Positions 12,344-22,515 of a stretch of DNA of 64,000 nt are shown here, piece after piece. A model generated the notes under the pieces. That model saw only the letters and a list, made by a program, of their open reading frames with translations. It was not told the DNA's origin and did not search any database. Source of the stretch: Nitrospirota bacterium (GTDB taxonomy: Bacteria > Nitrospirota > UBA9217); the NCBI GenBank assembly GCA_963818475.1, contig CAWFSF010000006.1, positions 1 through 64,000 of the forward strand, read 5' to 3'. A program made the translations under genes and the position numbers. The first letter of the stretch is position 1; the number at the start of each line of letters is the position of its first letter.

Positions 12344-12928
12344 TCACCAACCTTTTTTTGCCCCCTTCATTATGCAGAATCCCCGGGTCCGTTCAATTAC
12401 GGACACACCAGCAAATTCAGCATCGGAAAAGATACCGGCCACCTCTGAAACAGCCATGAATTTTGCATAACGCAGGAATCTTCCTTTCGTTGACTCGTGC
12501 AGAAATTCCCGCTGGATTTCCCCGTCTTTTTCAATGAATCCGACAATAAGCATCCCTCCGGGCTTAAGCACCCGGTTCACCTCATTGAAAACTGTCATGA
12601 CATCATCAAGAAAACAGATGACCGTCATCATGAGAACGTGATCAAAAGATCCTGAACGATAGGGCAGATGCTCCCCCTCGCCAACGACAACGTCGATTCC
12701 ACGGTTTTTTGCCATATGAACGAGTTTTCCGGAGGGATCGATACCGAATCGTATACCAAATGGTAATGCAAACCGTCCCGACCCGATTCCGACTTCGAGC
12801 CCGCGACCATGATCAGGCATTGCATTACGAAGCATGCTGACCTGTGCTGCATAGATATCGCCGTGGTCATCAAACCACTGGTCATAATCACCGGCATGGT
12901 CCTCAAAAACACGACGCGATGGTATCAT
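12344..12928 (-). CDS. class I SAM-dependent methyltransferase
   Basis: LEVGIGSGRF, GIDPS, GEHLPY..GSFD and RVLKPGG. Confidence 0.9.
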   Translation of the reverse strand: MIPSRRVFEDHAGDYDQWFDDHGDIYAAQVSMLRNAMPDHGRGLEVGIGSGRFALPFGIRFGIDPSGKLVHMAKNRGIDVVVGEGEHLPYRSGSFDHVLMMTVICFLDDVMTVFNEVNRVLKPGGMLIVGFIEKDGEIQREFLHESTKGRFLRYAKFMAVSEVAGIFSDAEFAGVSVIERTRGFCIMKGAKKGW

Positions 12929-12944
12929 ACACCATTCCCAGACG

Positions 12945-13309
12945 AGGGGCTTAACCGGGGCTTCATTCTTTTCCTGTATGGAATCTTCCTGACCTTTCAG
13001 TGCCGAGATCCCCCGGTCACCCTGGTCATAATAGTAGAGCAGGAGATGAAAATAATCTCCCACCAGGTCATGGTTCTCTTTTTTGTACCGCACCTCAACA
13101 TTGCTGTCCCCGATAAATCCCTTGATGGAGATGAACATCTCTTTTTCAAACGAGAAGTAGGGTTTTCTGAGCTGCTCAAGGAACCGGACCGTTCCGAAGT
13201 TTTCCAGAAATTTCAGGAAACTTTCGGTCAGCGGTTCGTCCAGCACATATTCTTTCATGAGTGAACCGTCGACGCAGACTTTTGTCTGGACAGACTTAAC
13301 GATCCGCAC
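12945..13309 (-). CDS. hypothetical protein (joined to the methyltransferase in the ORF track, probably by a frameshift)
   Basis: GTG start overlaps the end of the desulfurase gene. Globular-looking sequence of ~115 aa. Confidence 0.55.
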
Positions 13310-14466
13310 TCGCTGCCACCTCACGAATCGCATCTGCCGCTGTCCTGCATTCTTCACGGGTATTGAAATACGAGAAACTTACCCGGATGCACCCTTTCCC
13401 GCCGTTGATACGTTCATGAACGAGCGGGGCGCAGTGCAGCCCGGTCCGTGTGACGATATTGTATGCCCGGGCAAGGATGAATCCCGCATCATGGTTGTCG
13501 ATTCCGGTAATATCAAACGATACGACCGGAAGGTCCGGGTTTTTGTTATAGAGAGTGATTCCCCGGTATCTTTTTGAGTTCGCTTATGAACGTACACGGT
13601 AAGATCCCTGTTCTTCTTCTCAATTGCAGCCTGACCTGTCGTGGTGATGAATCGTATCCCGGCGCAGAGCGATGCAATCCCGGGGTAGTTGTGTGTTCCT
13701 GCCTCGAACCGCATCGGCATCTCGAAGGGATGGGTAAGCGTCTGCGAATCCGTCCCGGTGCCGCCCTGGCGGGTGATCGCGATTGCATCCGGCTCATGGA
13801 TGAAGAACCCGCCAATGCCGGGAATGCCGAACAGAGCCTTATGCCCGGTGAATACGAAAGCACTGACCGGGATGTCCGAAAGATTGATTGGGATATGACC
13901 GGCAGACTGAGCTCCGTCAACGATGAAAAAAATGTCGTTGGCATGGAGGTATTCTGCAATGGGTCTGATGTCCTGCACGGACCCGAGCACGTTACTCCCG
14001 TGCGTCATCACAACCAGACGGGTCTCCGGAGAGATCGCGTTCCTGATTGCCGCAAGGCTGACTGTATTATTCCTGAATGGCACGACTGAAAGGTTGATCT
14101 TTCTCTCCTGCTCCAACGCAGTGAGCGGACGGAGGACAGAATTATGTTCGAGTTCTGTCGTTATCGCATGGAACGGCCTGCCGGTCTTTTTTGCAAATCC
14201 ATGAATCAGCAGGTTCAGGGCATCGGTAGCGTTTTGGGTGAAAACAATATTTTCAGGAGGTCCGGCATGGAAAAATGCTGCGAGAGCGTCACGTGCGGCA
14301 GAAGGATAGTCCACGGATCCATTGCCCGTAGTCCTGCCCGGTTCATGCAGCGGGAGACGCAGGCAGTTTGCCACTTCCTCAAGCACTTCAGCCGGCTTTG
14401 GCCATGTGGTCGCTGCATTGTTGAGGTAGATGAGAGGGGGCTGTGTATCGTGCGGGGCATGCTCCA
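13296..14466 (-). CDS. cysteine desulfurase / aminotransferase class V, frameshifted near the C-terminus
   Basis: IYLNNAATTWPKP, EHNSV, VDGAQSAG, FTGHK (PLP lysine), EAGT and RTGLHCAP (catalytic Cys). Confidence 0.92.
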
Positions 14467-14699
14467 TAGAATGACCTGGCGTGATTATCTTCATTATCCG
14501 TTCAAACGCAATAAGTTCATCGGAGAAAATCAACCAGAAAATTCGAATGGAATGTCAGATACAGAGACCAGATCCCGATTTTTCTGGTTGAGCCATGCAT
14601 GGTATCTAGGACAGTGCCGCTATGAAAAACGTATTATCGGAACAGGCAGCACGTTTACCGGAACACCTGCTTCCTGTATAAAAGAAGGGATCATACTTC

Positions 14700-15686
14700 A
14701 TGACTGTCGCAATCCATATAGAAAACCTAACCCGGCGATTTAACGATCTGGTCGCCGTGGACAATATATCCTTTGATATTGAACAGGGAGAGATTTTCGG
14801 GCTTTTGGGACCCAACGGTGCCGGGAAGACAACGACCCTGTCCATGCTCTCCACGATGCTTAAACCAACTTCCGGTTCTGCGACGGTCAATGGCATCGAT
14901 ATCGAACATGACGAGGACGGTGTCAGGAAATCCATCGGCATTGTCTTCCAGGACCAGAGCCTTGATGAAGAACTGACGGCGTGGGAGAACATGGACTTTC
15001 ACGGGCGGCTCTACCGGATTCCCTCAGACATACGCAGACAGAGGATCACCGAACTCCTCTCCCTCGTTGAGCTGGAAGACCGGAAAGATGATATTGTCAA
15101 GACATTTTCCGGTGGGATGAGGAGGCGTCTTGAGATCGCACGCGGTCTCCTTCACCATCCCTCGGTCCTCTTTTTGGATGAACCAACGCTGGGCCTTGAC
15201 CCCCAGACCCGCAACCACCTCTGGCAGTATATCGCCACCCTCGCAAAGGAGAAGGGAATTACGATTATTCTCACCACGCATTACATGGAAGAAGCCGACC
15301 GGTTGTGTAACCGGATCGCCATTATCGATCATGGAAAGATTATTGCCCTTGATACCCCTGAAAACCTCAAGAATGGCATTGGCGGGGACGTTGTGACCAT
15401 CAGGTCTTCAGACCCGGCAGCGATTGTCGCAGCCCTGGCAGAACCCTGGATCACCCGCGTGGAACATCATAACGATGAAGTGATTGTCAGCCTGAAGAAC
15501 GCAGAGCAGCACATCAGTACCATTGTGACGCTGCTCAACGAAAAACAGGTCCCTATAAATTCCCTCGCCATACACAAACCAACGCTTGAGGATGTGTTCC
15601 TCTCCTTTACCGGAAAAACCATCCGTGAGGAAGAAGCCGACCATAAAACCAACATGAGGATGTACCAGAAGATGGTGAGGCACTGA
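14700..15686 (+). CDS. ABC exporter ATP-binding subunit (DrrA-like)
   Basis: GPNGAGKTT, FSGGMRRRLE and LFLDEPTLGLDP. Confidence 0.95.
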   Translation: MTVAIHIENLTRRFNDLVAVDNISFDIEQGEIFGLLGPNGAGKTTTLSMLSTMLKPTSGSATVNGIDIEHDEDGVRKSIGIVFQDQSLDEELTAWENMDFHGRLYRIPSDIRRQRITELLSLVELEDRKDDIVKTFSGGMRRRLEIARGLLHHPSVLFLDEPTLGLDPQTRNHLWQYIATLAKEKGITIILTTHYMEEADRLCNRIAIIDHGKIIALDTPENLKNGIGGDVVTIRSSDPAAIVAALAEPWITRVEHHNDEVIVSLKNAEQHISTIVTLLNEKQVPINSLAIHKPTLEDVFLSFTGKTIREEEADHKTNMRMYQKMVRH

Positions 15687-15688
15687 TC

Positions 15689-16437
15689 ATGGACATCATC
15701 TACACCATCTGGCTCCGGAACATGAAGCGCTATGTCCGCTCCAAAAGCCGGATTATCGGCAGTATCAGCATGCCGCTTTTCTTCCTGCTCTTCTTGGGGT
15801 TTGGCCTGAATTCAGTCGTGCAGTTGCCGGGCATGGGCGGGAACTATATCGTGTTTTTGATCCCGGGCATGGTTGCCATGAGCGTGCTGTTCACCTCGGT
15901 ATTTTCCGGTATCCAGATCATCTGGGACAAACAGTTCGGTTTTTTGAAAGAGACTCTCGTGGCACCGGTTTCCCGGCTTGAGATCATGTTAGGCCAGACA
16001 CTGGGCGGGGCAACGACTGCCGTTTTGCAGGGCTTCATGATCCTCATCCTGTCACTGTTCATTGGTCTTAAGGTCTCAAATCCTGCCGGTTTTCTTATTG
16101 CACTCGGGTTCATGGTCCTGATCGGGATATCGTTCACGGCGTTTGGTATTGCGATCGCCTCGCGCATGGAAGATATGACCGGGTTCCAGCTCATCATGAA
16201 TTTTGTCGTCTTCCCGATCTTCGGGCTCTCCGGGGCACTCTTCCCCATCAGCTCTTTGCCCGAATGGCTGGTACCGGTTACCCTGCTCGATCCGCTGACC
16301 TATGGTGTCGAAGGAATCCGGTTCGGCCTTACCGGTGTTTCCCAGGTTAATCCCGTCGTCTGTGCCGGGTGATCGGGGGTTTTGCTGTCCTGATGACAGT
16401 TCTTGGGGCATTCCTGTTCAGGAAAATAAAGCTCTGA
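15689..16437 (+). CDS. ABC-2 type permease (DrrB-like)
   Basis: Multi-TM protein with DKQFGFLKETLVAP and LSGALFP. Frameshift near the C-terminus. Confidence 0.92.
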
Positions 16438-16604
16438 CGCGAAGAATCCATACCATCAGATGCATAAAGAGATCCGGACCCCACCTCTTTCTTCGGCGAA
16501 AAAAAAATTCAGAATTTCTTCAGGTCCCCCATTTGCTCGGTATAACTGCGAATTTTTTTGTAGTCAAAGGCTTTTTTATTACCCGGTGCATCCCATGAAT
16601 CAGC

Positions 16605-17450
16605 ATGCAACCGATAACCAGGACCAAAAAACTCCCCCTGCTTCCCGTTCTTGCGGGGGCTATGATCCTAATACCTTTCCTCCTGTTCGCAGGATGCACC
16701 GGGCAGGCTCCCGGACCCCGTCTGGAAGGAACCGGATGGACCCTGACAGGATATCTGCACAATGGAACGGTCGTTCCGGCGATACCGGGAACGACGATCA
16801 CGATGGATTTTGGCACAGAGGGCAAAATCGGCGGGTCTGCCGGGTGTAACCACTATTTTGCCTCCTACGAACTGAAGGGAACAGGCATCACTATCGGTCA
16901 GGCCGGGTCGACGGATGATGTATTGCAGCGCGCCGGGTGTTATGGACCAGGAGAGCAGTTACCTTACGCTCCTTGCCCGGTCAAAAACCATCTCTGAAGT
17001 GGGTGACCGCCTGACGTTATCAGATGAAAAAGGTGTTGCGGTCCTGACATTTGCAAGGACCATCCCCCCGAAGCAACAACCGCTGCTTGGTACCAACTGG
17101 ACGCTTGACTCCTTCCATACTGGAGACGCGGTCTCATCAGTCCTGGCAGGGACAACAATCACTGCCGTTTTTACCAAAGACGGGAGTATCACCGGTTCAG
17201 CCGGGTGCAACCAATACTTTGCCTCGTATAATGTCACCGGCACATCACTCCAGGTCAGCCAGGCCGGCTCAACGAAGATGGCCTGTGGTGCCCCGGGTGT
17301 GATGCAGCAGGAGAGGCTCCTACCTGACCCTCATCAGCCAGGCAAAAACCTTTACCATCAAAGGTGACCGCCTTACCCTCGACAGATGCAAAGGGTGCAG
17401 CGCTGCTTGTCTTTTCTGGCCTCGGACCAGCCCTCCTGACCAGAAAATAA
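16605..17450 (+). CDS. tandem META (HslJ) domain lipoprotein, frameshifted
   Basis: FAGC lipobox. Two repeats of L.GT.W.L...GSAGCN.YFASY...GST.M.C. Confidence 0.88.
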
Positions 17451-17573
17451 TTCCTTTTAATCCCTGAAAGAACCGCAATGGTCTTTGCAGAGCGCCCGCC
17501 GAAATACATATTACCTTGAAACATTATCTCACCATAACCCTGAAGGGTTCGATCATACAGGAGATGAATAACA

Positions 17574-17807
17574 ATGAAGGATACTCATGAAAAAGAGCAT
17601 ATATCCGTTGCCAAAGTGGTAGAGTTGATTGGCAGTTCACCCAACAGCTGGGAAGAAGCAACCGCAAACGCCGTGGAGGCAGCCGGTCAGACCATCAGGA
17701 ATATCAAGGGTGTTGATCTAAAGCGATGTACAGCAAAAGTAGAGAACAACAAGATTGTAGAATACCGGGCTGTTGTTAAAATCGCGTTCATTGTGGAAAG
17801 AGAATAA
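17574..17807 (+). CDS. dodecin family protein
   Basis: KVVELIGSSPNSWEEA and IVEYRAVVKIAF. Confidence 0.92.
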   Translation: MKDTHEKEHISVAKVVELIGSSPNSWEEATANAVEAAGQTIRNIKGVDLKRCTAKVENNKIVEYRAVVKIAFIVERE

Positions 17808-17816
17808 TCTTTTTTT

Positions 17817-18252
17817 GGCACAGTAGAATTCCTTTTATCATCGTTCGAAATAAAAAAGAACCGTTGCTTTGAATGATGCGGCCGAACCTGTCATCTCGAG
17901 ACCGCCCCTGTGCTATGCGATAGTGCTGTTATTACCTTATCTGAAGTTATCGCATCGGGGGAGCCAAAGTGGCGGGGGTGAAACCCCCATGAACATTCAC
18001 GTTTTTTGAACAATTCACATGAAAATCGGATTATTCAGATATTGTTAGAAAGTGGTTTTTGCATAATTAGGATGAACACCGCCGCCCCCGAAGGGACGCC
18101 CCCGCGGCGGTTTTAGGGACTGTAAATGTCCTCATTGCCCCGCCGTGCCTCGGAGAGGCCCTGAGGCGGGGAGCCCTCCCAAATATGAATTTTTAATGAT
18201 TTTCATGATTTGGGTATGATTGCTATAGGTTCATGCCTGTATCTACAGAGCC
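17817..18252. mobile_element. MITE-like element, copy 2 (complete)
   Basis: Ends GGCACAGTAGAA and ATCTACAGAGCC, flanked by T-runs. Collinear with copy 1 along its whole length. Confidence 0.8.
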
Positions 18253-18416
18253 TTTTTTTTGGATTTTATTTCAGGGAGGATAGCCTGTCCTGGTATCCAT
18301 GGGATTCCGGATATTTTATATGGGAAAAGACTGCATTCTCGCATATGTCCCGCATGTGTCCATACCAAAAAAGGACACCTTGCACAGATTTTCTGACATG
18401 ATGGAGTAAAAAGCCG

Positions 18417-19055
18417 ATGATGCCTATTGGTGATGACAATACCTCTCGCAGGATAGTACCTGTAGTCACGTACGCCCTGATTGCCTTAAACGTCCTGTTC
18501 TTCCTGGTCGAATTAATCGGAGGAGATGCTTTTATTGATACATGGGCGTTTGTTCCCAGCCGCTTCCTTGCAAATCCCGCCGGTGATTTTGTCACGATCT
18601 TCACCTCCATGTTCATGCACGCCGGCTGGCTGCATATAGGAGGCAATATGCTGTACCTGTGGATCTTCGGCGATAACGTGGAAGACCGGTTCGGGCACGC
18701 AAAGTACCTGGTCTTCTACCTCATCTGCGGTATTGCAGCAACGTTTGCCCAGCTGGCGTTCAGCATGGGATCCAGCATACCGAACCTTGGGGCATCAGGT
18801 GCGATTGCCGGGGTTCTCGGGGCGTACCTTTTGTTGTTCCCGCAGCGCAGTGTCAGGGTTATGGTCGGAGCAGGAGTAACCGAGATGCCTGCACTGATTG
18901 TTATCGGACTGTGGTTCGTCCTGCAGTTGTTCAGCGGGATCGGTTCTATTGCTGCTACTTCTGACACCGGTGGTGTCGCATACATGGCCCACATCGGTGG
19001 ATTTATCGCCGGTGTTGTCCTGGCATTTATTCTGCGGGGGAACCGGGTGGCATGA
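18417..19055 (+). CDS. rhomboid intramembrane serine protease
   Basis: FMHAGWLHIGGNM, GASG (catalytic Ser) and AHIGG (catalytic His). Confidence 0.95.
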   Translation: MMPIGDDNTSRRIVPVVTYALIALNVLFFLVELIGGDAFIDTWAFVPSRFLANPAGDFVTIFTSMFMHAGWLHIGGNMLYLWIFGDNVEDRFGHAKYLVFYLICGIAATFAQLAFSMGSSIPNLGASGAIAGVLGAYLLLFPQRSVRVMVGAGVTEMPALIVIGLWFVLQLFSGIGSIAATSDTGGVAYMAHIGGFIAGVVLAFILRGNRVA

Positions 19056-19144
19056 TCTCCGCTACCGCTCCTTTTTGCACGCAAAACGTTCTCTATCCTA
19101 TAGAAATATCAATCTGTAAGCTTACATTCGATCCTGTGGTAACC

Positions 19145-20206
19145 ATGAAAGGTGCGATAAAAGCAGTTCTCCTCTGTATCGGAATGGTATTCATAATTTC
19201 GGGAGTATCGGCATTCACCGTAACCGCGGTTACGGTAACTCCATCAGGTACGATAAATCCCAACAGTGCGGTGAATATTTCCTATACGGTGTATGCCGCA
19301 ACGGGAACCGCGTTTCCCTCGTATGATGACCTCCAGTTTGTCTCCGGTCTTGACGAATCAGTCTGGCTTTATTCTATCACCGTCAACGGCGTGGAAAATG
19401 TACGGCCGGTTGCAGGAGGGCGTACCATCACCATCTCCGGGTTTGAGTTGTCCTACCGTAACCAGGATGAAGTCATCGTGAAGGTTACATTAAAAGGCCG
19501 TATTCCCACGACATCCGGAACAGGAGCGATAAAAAATCTTGTTACCGTCCAGGAACTGGATGCCCGGGGATACGTGATCAACAGCTCGGTATTTTCCGTT
19601 ACCCGGTTGATCGGTACACCCACGCCAACTCCGACACCATCATCGGGCAGGATATCCTTCACATCCATCCCGTCAGGTGCAAATATCTACCTTGATAACG
19701 CGTACAGGGGTCTCACCCCGCTGACAATCGATGACGTGCCAAACGGCAGACACGTCGTGGTTCTGCGGCTTGACCGCTATGAAGAGGCTGTCCGGAACCT
19801 TCTTGTGACCGGAAATTCAATGACCGTCAATATCGCACTGAATCCTCTCGGGACTTCAACGACCGTACAGCCGACCTTAACCGGTACGGTCCAACCCCCA
19901 GGGGAGTTCGGGTCACTTTCGGTCACAACCTCTCCTGCGGGTGCACGGGTCTACGTTGATGGAGAGATGAAAGGTGTCACTCCCGCAACAATCCCGGGGC
20001 TTGCCGCAGGAAAACATACCGTTCTTTTGTCTGTCCCGGGTTATATCGACCTGAATACGACCATTGTTATCAGTGCCGGGAAGACTGCGGAATACAGCAC
20101 ATCCCTTGTAACGCCTGCTAAAACTCCCGGGTTTGGGGTCATCGCCGCACTGCTTTCAATCGGCACCCTCCTGGTGGCGGTAAAAATCAGGAAGTCTAAG
20201 GAATAA
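19145..20206 (+). CDS. PEGA-domain surface protein with PGF-CTERM sorting signal
   Basis: Signal peptide, two PEGA repeats (S.P.GA..Y.D....G.TP), and C-terminal TPGFG + TM + basic tail. Confidence 0.9.
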   Translation: MKGAIKAVLLCIGMVFIISGVSAFTVTAVTVTPSGTINPNSAVNISYTVYAATGTAFPSYDDLQFVSGLDESVWLYSITVNGVENVRPVAGGRTITISGFELSYRNQDEVIVKVTLKGRIPTTSGTGAIKNLVTVQELDARGYVINSSVFSVTRLIGTPTPTPTPSSGRISFTSIPSGANIYLDNAYRGLTPLTIDDVPNGRHVVVLRLDRYEEAVRNLLVTGNSMTVNIALNPLGTSTTVQPTLTGTVQPPGEFGSLSVTTSPAGARVYVDGEMKGVTPATIPGLAAGKHTVLLSVPGYIDLNTTIVISAGKTAEYSTSLVTPAKTPGFGVIAALLSIGTLLVAVKIRKSKE

Positions 20207-20382
20207 CGGTTGATGTACCGGGCCAGAACAGCTGATATGTCTTTATCACTTTGCCCTATGGCACGGAGGATACCGATTCGACAAAGGAGGGCGGTACCGG
20301 AACACAGGTATTTTCTCACTATTGATTACGGTGCCTCAGCGGATTTAGGTCCATTTCCGGTGATGCCGGGGTAAAAAAGATA

Positions 20383-20941
20383 TTAGTAGAGAAGATTGGT
20401 GCTTGCGATTGTGGCAGGTGTTGCCTTTGAGAACGGCAATGACGCACCTACAGAGGGATGCAGCTCGAATGTTCATGCGGGAATTCGCCGGAACATATTC
20501 GGTGAGGAAATCGAATTCCACCTGCTGGTTTACATCCAGTGAACTGACCGAGCTGCCGACACCATTTATCTTTGTGGTAAACCTGCCCTGGCTTGCACTG
20601 CCACTGGTCCACGTGAGCGATTTAGGTGAGGTAGTGGGCGTAGAAAAGATAACCGTAAACTTTGACAGGTCAACCGATGATGCACCGGGACCCAGGCCGA
20701 CAGAAAACCTGATCTCGCTGATACCCTTTGTGGTATCGTTTGATAACCCATACACGTTCCCGATTAACTGGATGTTTGAGGTCGATTGTTCAAGACCTTT
20801 GTATATGGTCTCCTGGGCCTTCTGGGTTGTAAAGAACCCGGCACCCAGTACGACATACGAGAACACCGCCGCGACAACAACAAATGCGATGAGGACAATT
20901 GCTGCCTCGAGACCGGTAAATCCTTCATCATTATGTTTCAT
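20383..20941 (-). CDS. flaB: archaellin (archaeal flagellin)
   Basis: Class III signal peptide and conserved N-terminus GFTGLEAAIVLIAFVVVAAVFSYVVLGAGFFTTQK. Frameshift near the C-terminus. Confidence 0.92.
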
Positions 20942-21198
20942 GCATTCACCTAGTTCTTACCCAGACAGTGGTAAACCAGTATCCGTATTTTATTACATGA
21001 TTTTTTATCGAATAAATATATCCCGTTTTAAACCTGTTTTTCCTGTCTTTTAGCATTTTCAATGGATAAATCCGGGTTAACCGGGGCAGATTTTGAGTCC
21101 AGTTATAAATTTTTTTTATTATCTCAATAAAGGAGATCGGGAACCGTAGACCTGCAACAGAAAGGCATGCTCATATAGGTATTTTACCTAACAGGAGA

Positions 21199-21657
21199 AT
21201 GTGGCAGAGAACTATCATGACGACAGAGACCCGTGAACTGAGACCCGATGAGTTTTACCTGGCAGAGAAGTTGTGGGAACAATACCGCGGCCAGAAAGCG
21301 GACCACCCCAATGAACGGATATTCGGGGTCTTTGTTGAGGGAGTTCTCGCGGCAACTGCACGCTATACCCGGCACCCTGACGGCGTGGAGATGGATTGTG
21401 TCTTTGTCCCCGAATCCTTTCGCGGGAAGGGATATGCCAGGTTTGCCGTAGAAGAGCTGATCAGGCACTGCGGTTCGGAGCCGATCTACATCCATTCAAC
21501 CATTGCCCTGATCTCATTTTACAAGACCTTTGGTTTTACCCCAATCCCCGAAGACCAGCTCCCCCGGAGTATCAAGGAACGGTTCTTGTTCTGTTTTGGA
21601 GAAATGATGGGCTGCAATGTCTGTCCCATGCTCAGGAAGGGGACTGCGGTCGAATAA
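21199..21657 (+). CDS. GNAT acetyltransferase
   Basis: VFVPESFRGKGYA acetyl-CoA-binding motif and FYKTFGF. Confidence 0.88.
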   Translation: MWQRTIMTTETRELRPDEFYLAEKLWEQYRGQKADHPNERIFGVFVEGVLAATARYTRHPDGVEMDCVFVPESFRGKGYARFAVEELIRHCGSEPIYIHSTIALISFYKTFGFTPIPEDQLPRSIKERFLFCFGEMMGCNVCPMLRKGTAVE

Positions 21658-21716
21658 ATAAGATATCCTGCTTTTCATTTGCAGCTTTGATGGACAGGTA
21701 CTCATTTCTCCAAGAA

Positions 21717-21901
21717 TCTCTGCCAGGAAAAGGTTTTCCTATGATAATTGAATCTTGCCCGTATGATCATGGGATTATCATCGCTATTCTTCAGTAACGA
21801 TGAATGCCACCGCCCCCGAAGGGGCGCCCCCGCGGCGGATCAGTGACTAATAAAAAAACACTCCCTGGCCGCCGTACCACGTGAAGGGATGGGCAGAGTC
21901 C
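21717..21901. repeat. partial copy of the MITE-like element (hairpin module B)
   Basis: GGGATTATCATCGCTATTCTTCAGTAACGATGAATGCCACCGCCCCCGAAGGGGCGCCCCCGCGGCGGATCAGT closely matches 3367-3440. Confidence 0.75.
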
Positions 21902-22029
21902 TTCATGTATTGAAAGATGTTCATGTTTCCGGTCAATGAACTTGATCGGGCTATGTCTGTTGTCTCGAGATTATATTTCCGGAAACCTCCCCGCAACCTT
22001 CTTCTTTTTACCTTCCCAAATACACCATA

Positions 22030-22440
22030 ATGACATCTCCCGGTAGCCCACCCGACCCGTTCTTTGCCAAAGATGCCTGGGCACAGGAAGCAAATATTGA
22101 GCTCATGGAAGTATCGGCCGGCAGGGCAAAGGTCCGGATGCGGATTGCCGGCTGGCACATGAACAGTCACGGGACCGTGCACGGCGGTGCAATCTTCACG
22201 CTGGCAGATACTGCTTTTGCCCTTGCCTCCAATTCCCACGGGGTCCCTGCCGCTGCCATCAACGCCCACATCTCGTATGTAAAAGCAGCGACTGCCGGCA
22301 CGCTATACGCGGATGCCGTGGAATTTTCCATAAACCCAAAAATTGCCACCTATATCGTAACGGTAACAGATGATGCCGGAGAGAAGATCGCGATCTTTGA
22401 GGGGATGGTATACCGGAAAACACCAGGCCGGGACAAGTGA
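22030..22440 (+). CDS. PaaI-family hotdog thioesterase
   Basis: NSHGTVHGGAIFTLADTAF. Confidence 0.92.
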   Translation: MTSPGSPPDPFFAKDAWAQEANIELMEVSAGRAKVRMRIAGWHMNSHGTVHGGAIFTLADTAFALASNSHGVPAAAINAHISYVKAATAGTLYADAVEFSINPKIATYIVTVTDDAGEKIAIFEGMVYRKTPGRDK

Positions 22441-22515
22441 CGAAAGACAGCAAAACCATATAACCAATCGTTGTGGAACGGGGCTTTGTTTTTCCTGTGG
22501 CAGTAAAAAAGAAAA

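Noticed and set aside
12344-13357. 337-aa methyltransferase with a novel N-terminal domain
   Set aside because: More likely two genes joined by an indel. The methyltransferase has its own ATG at 12928.
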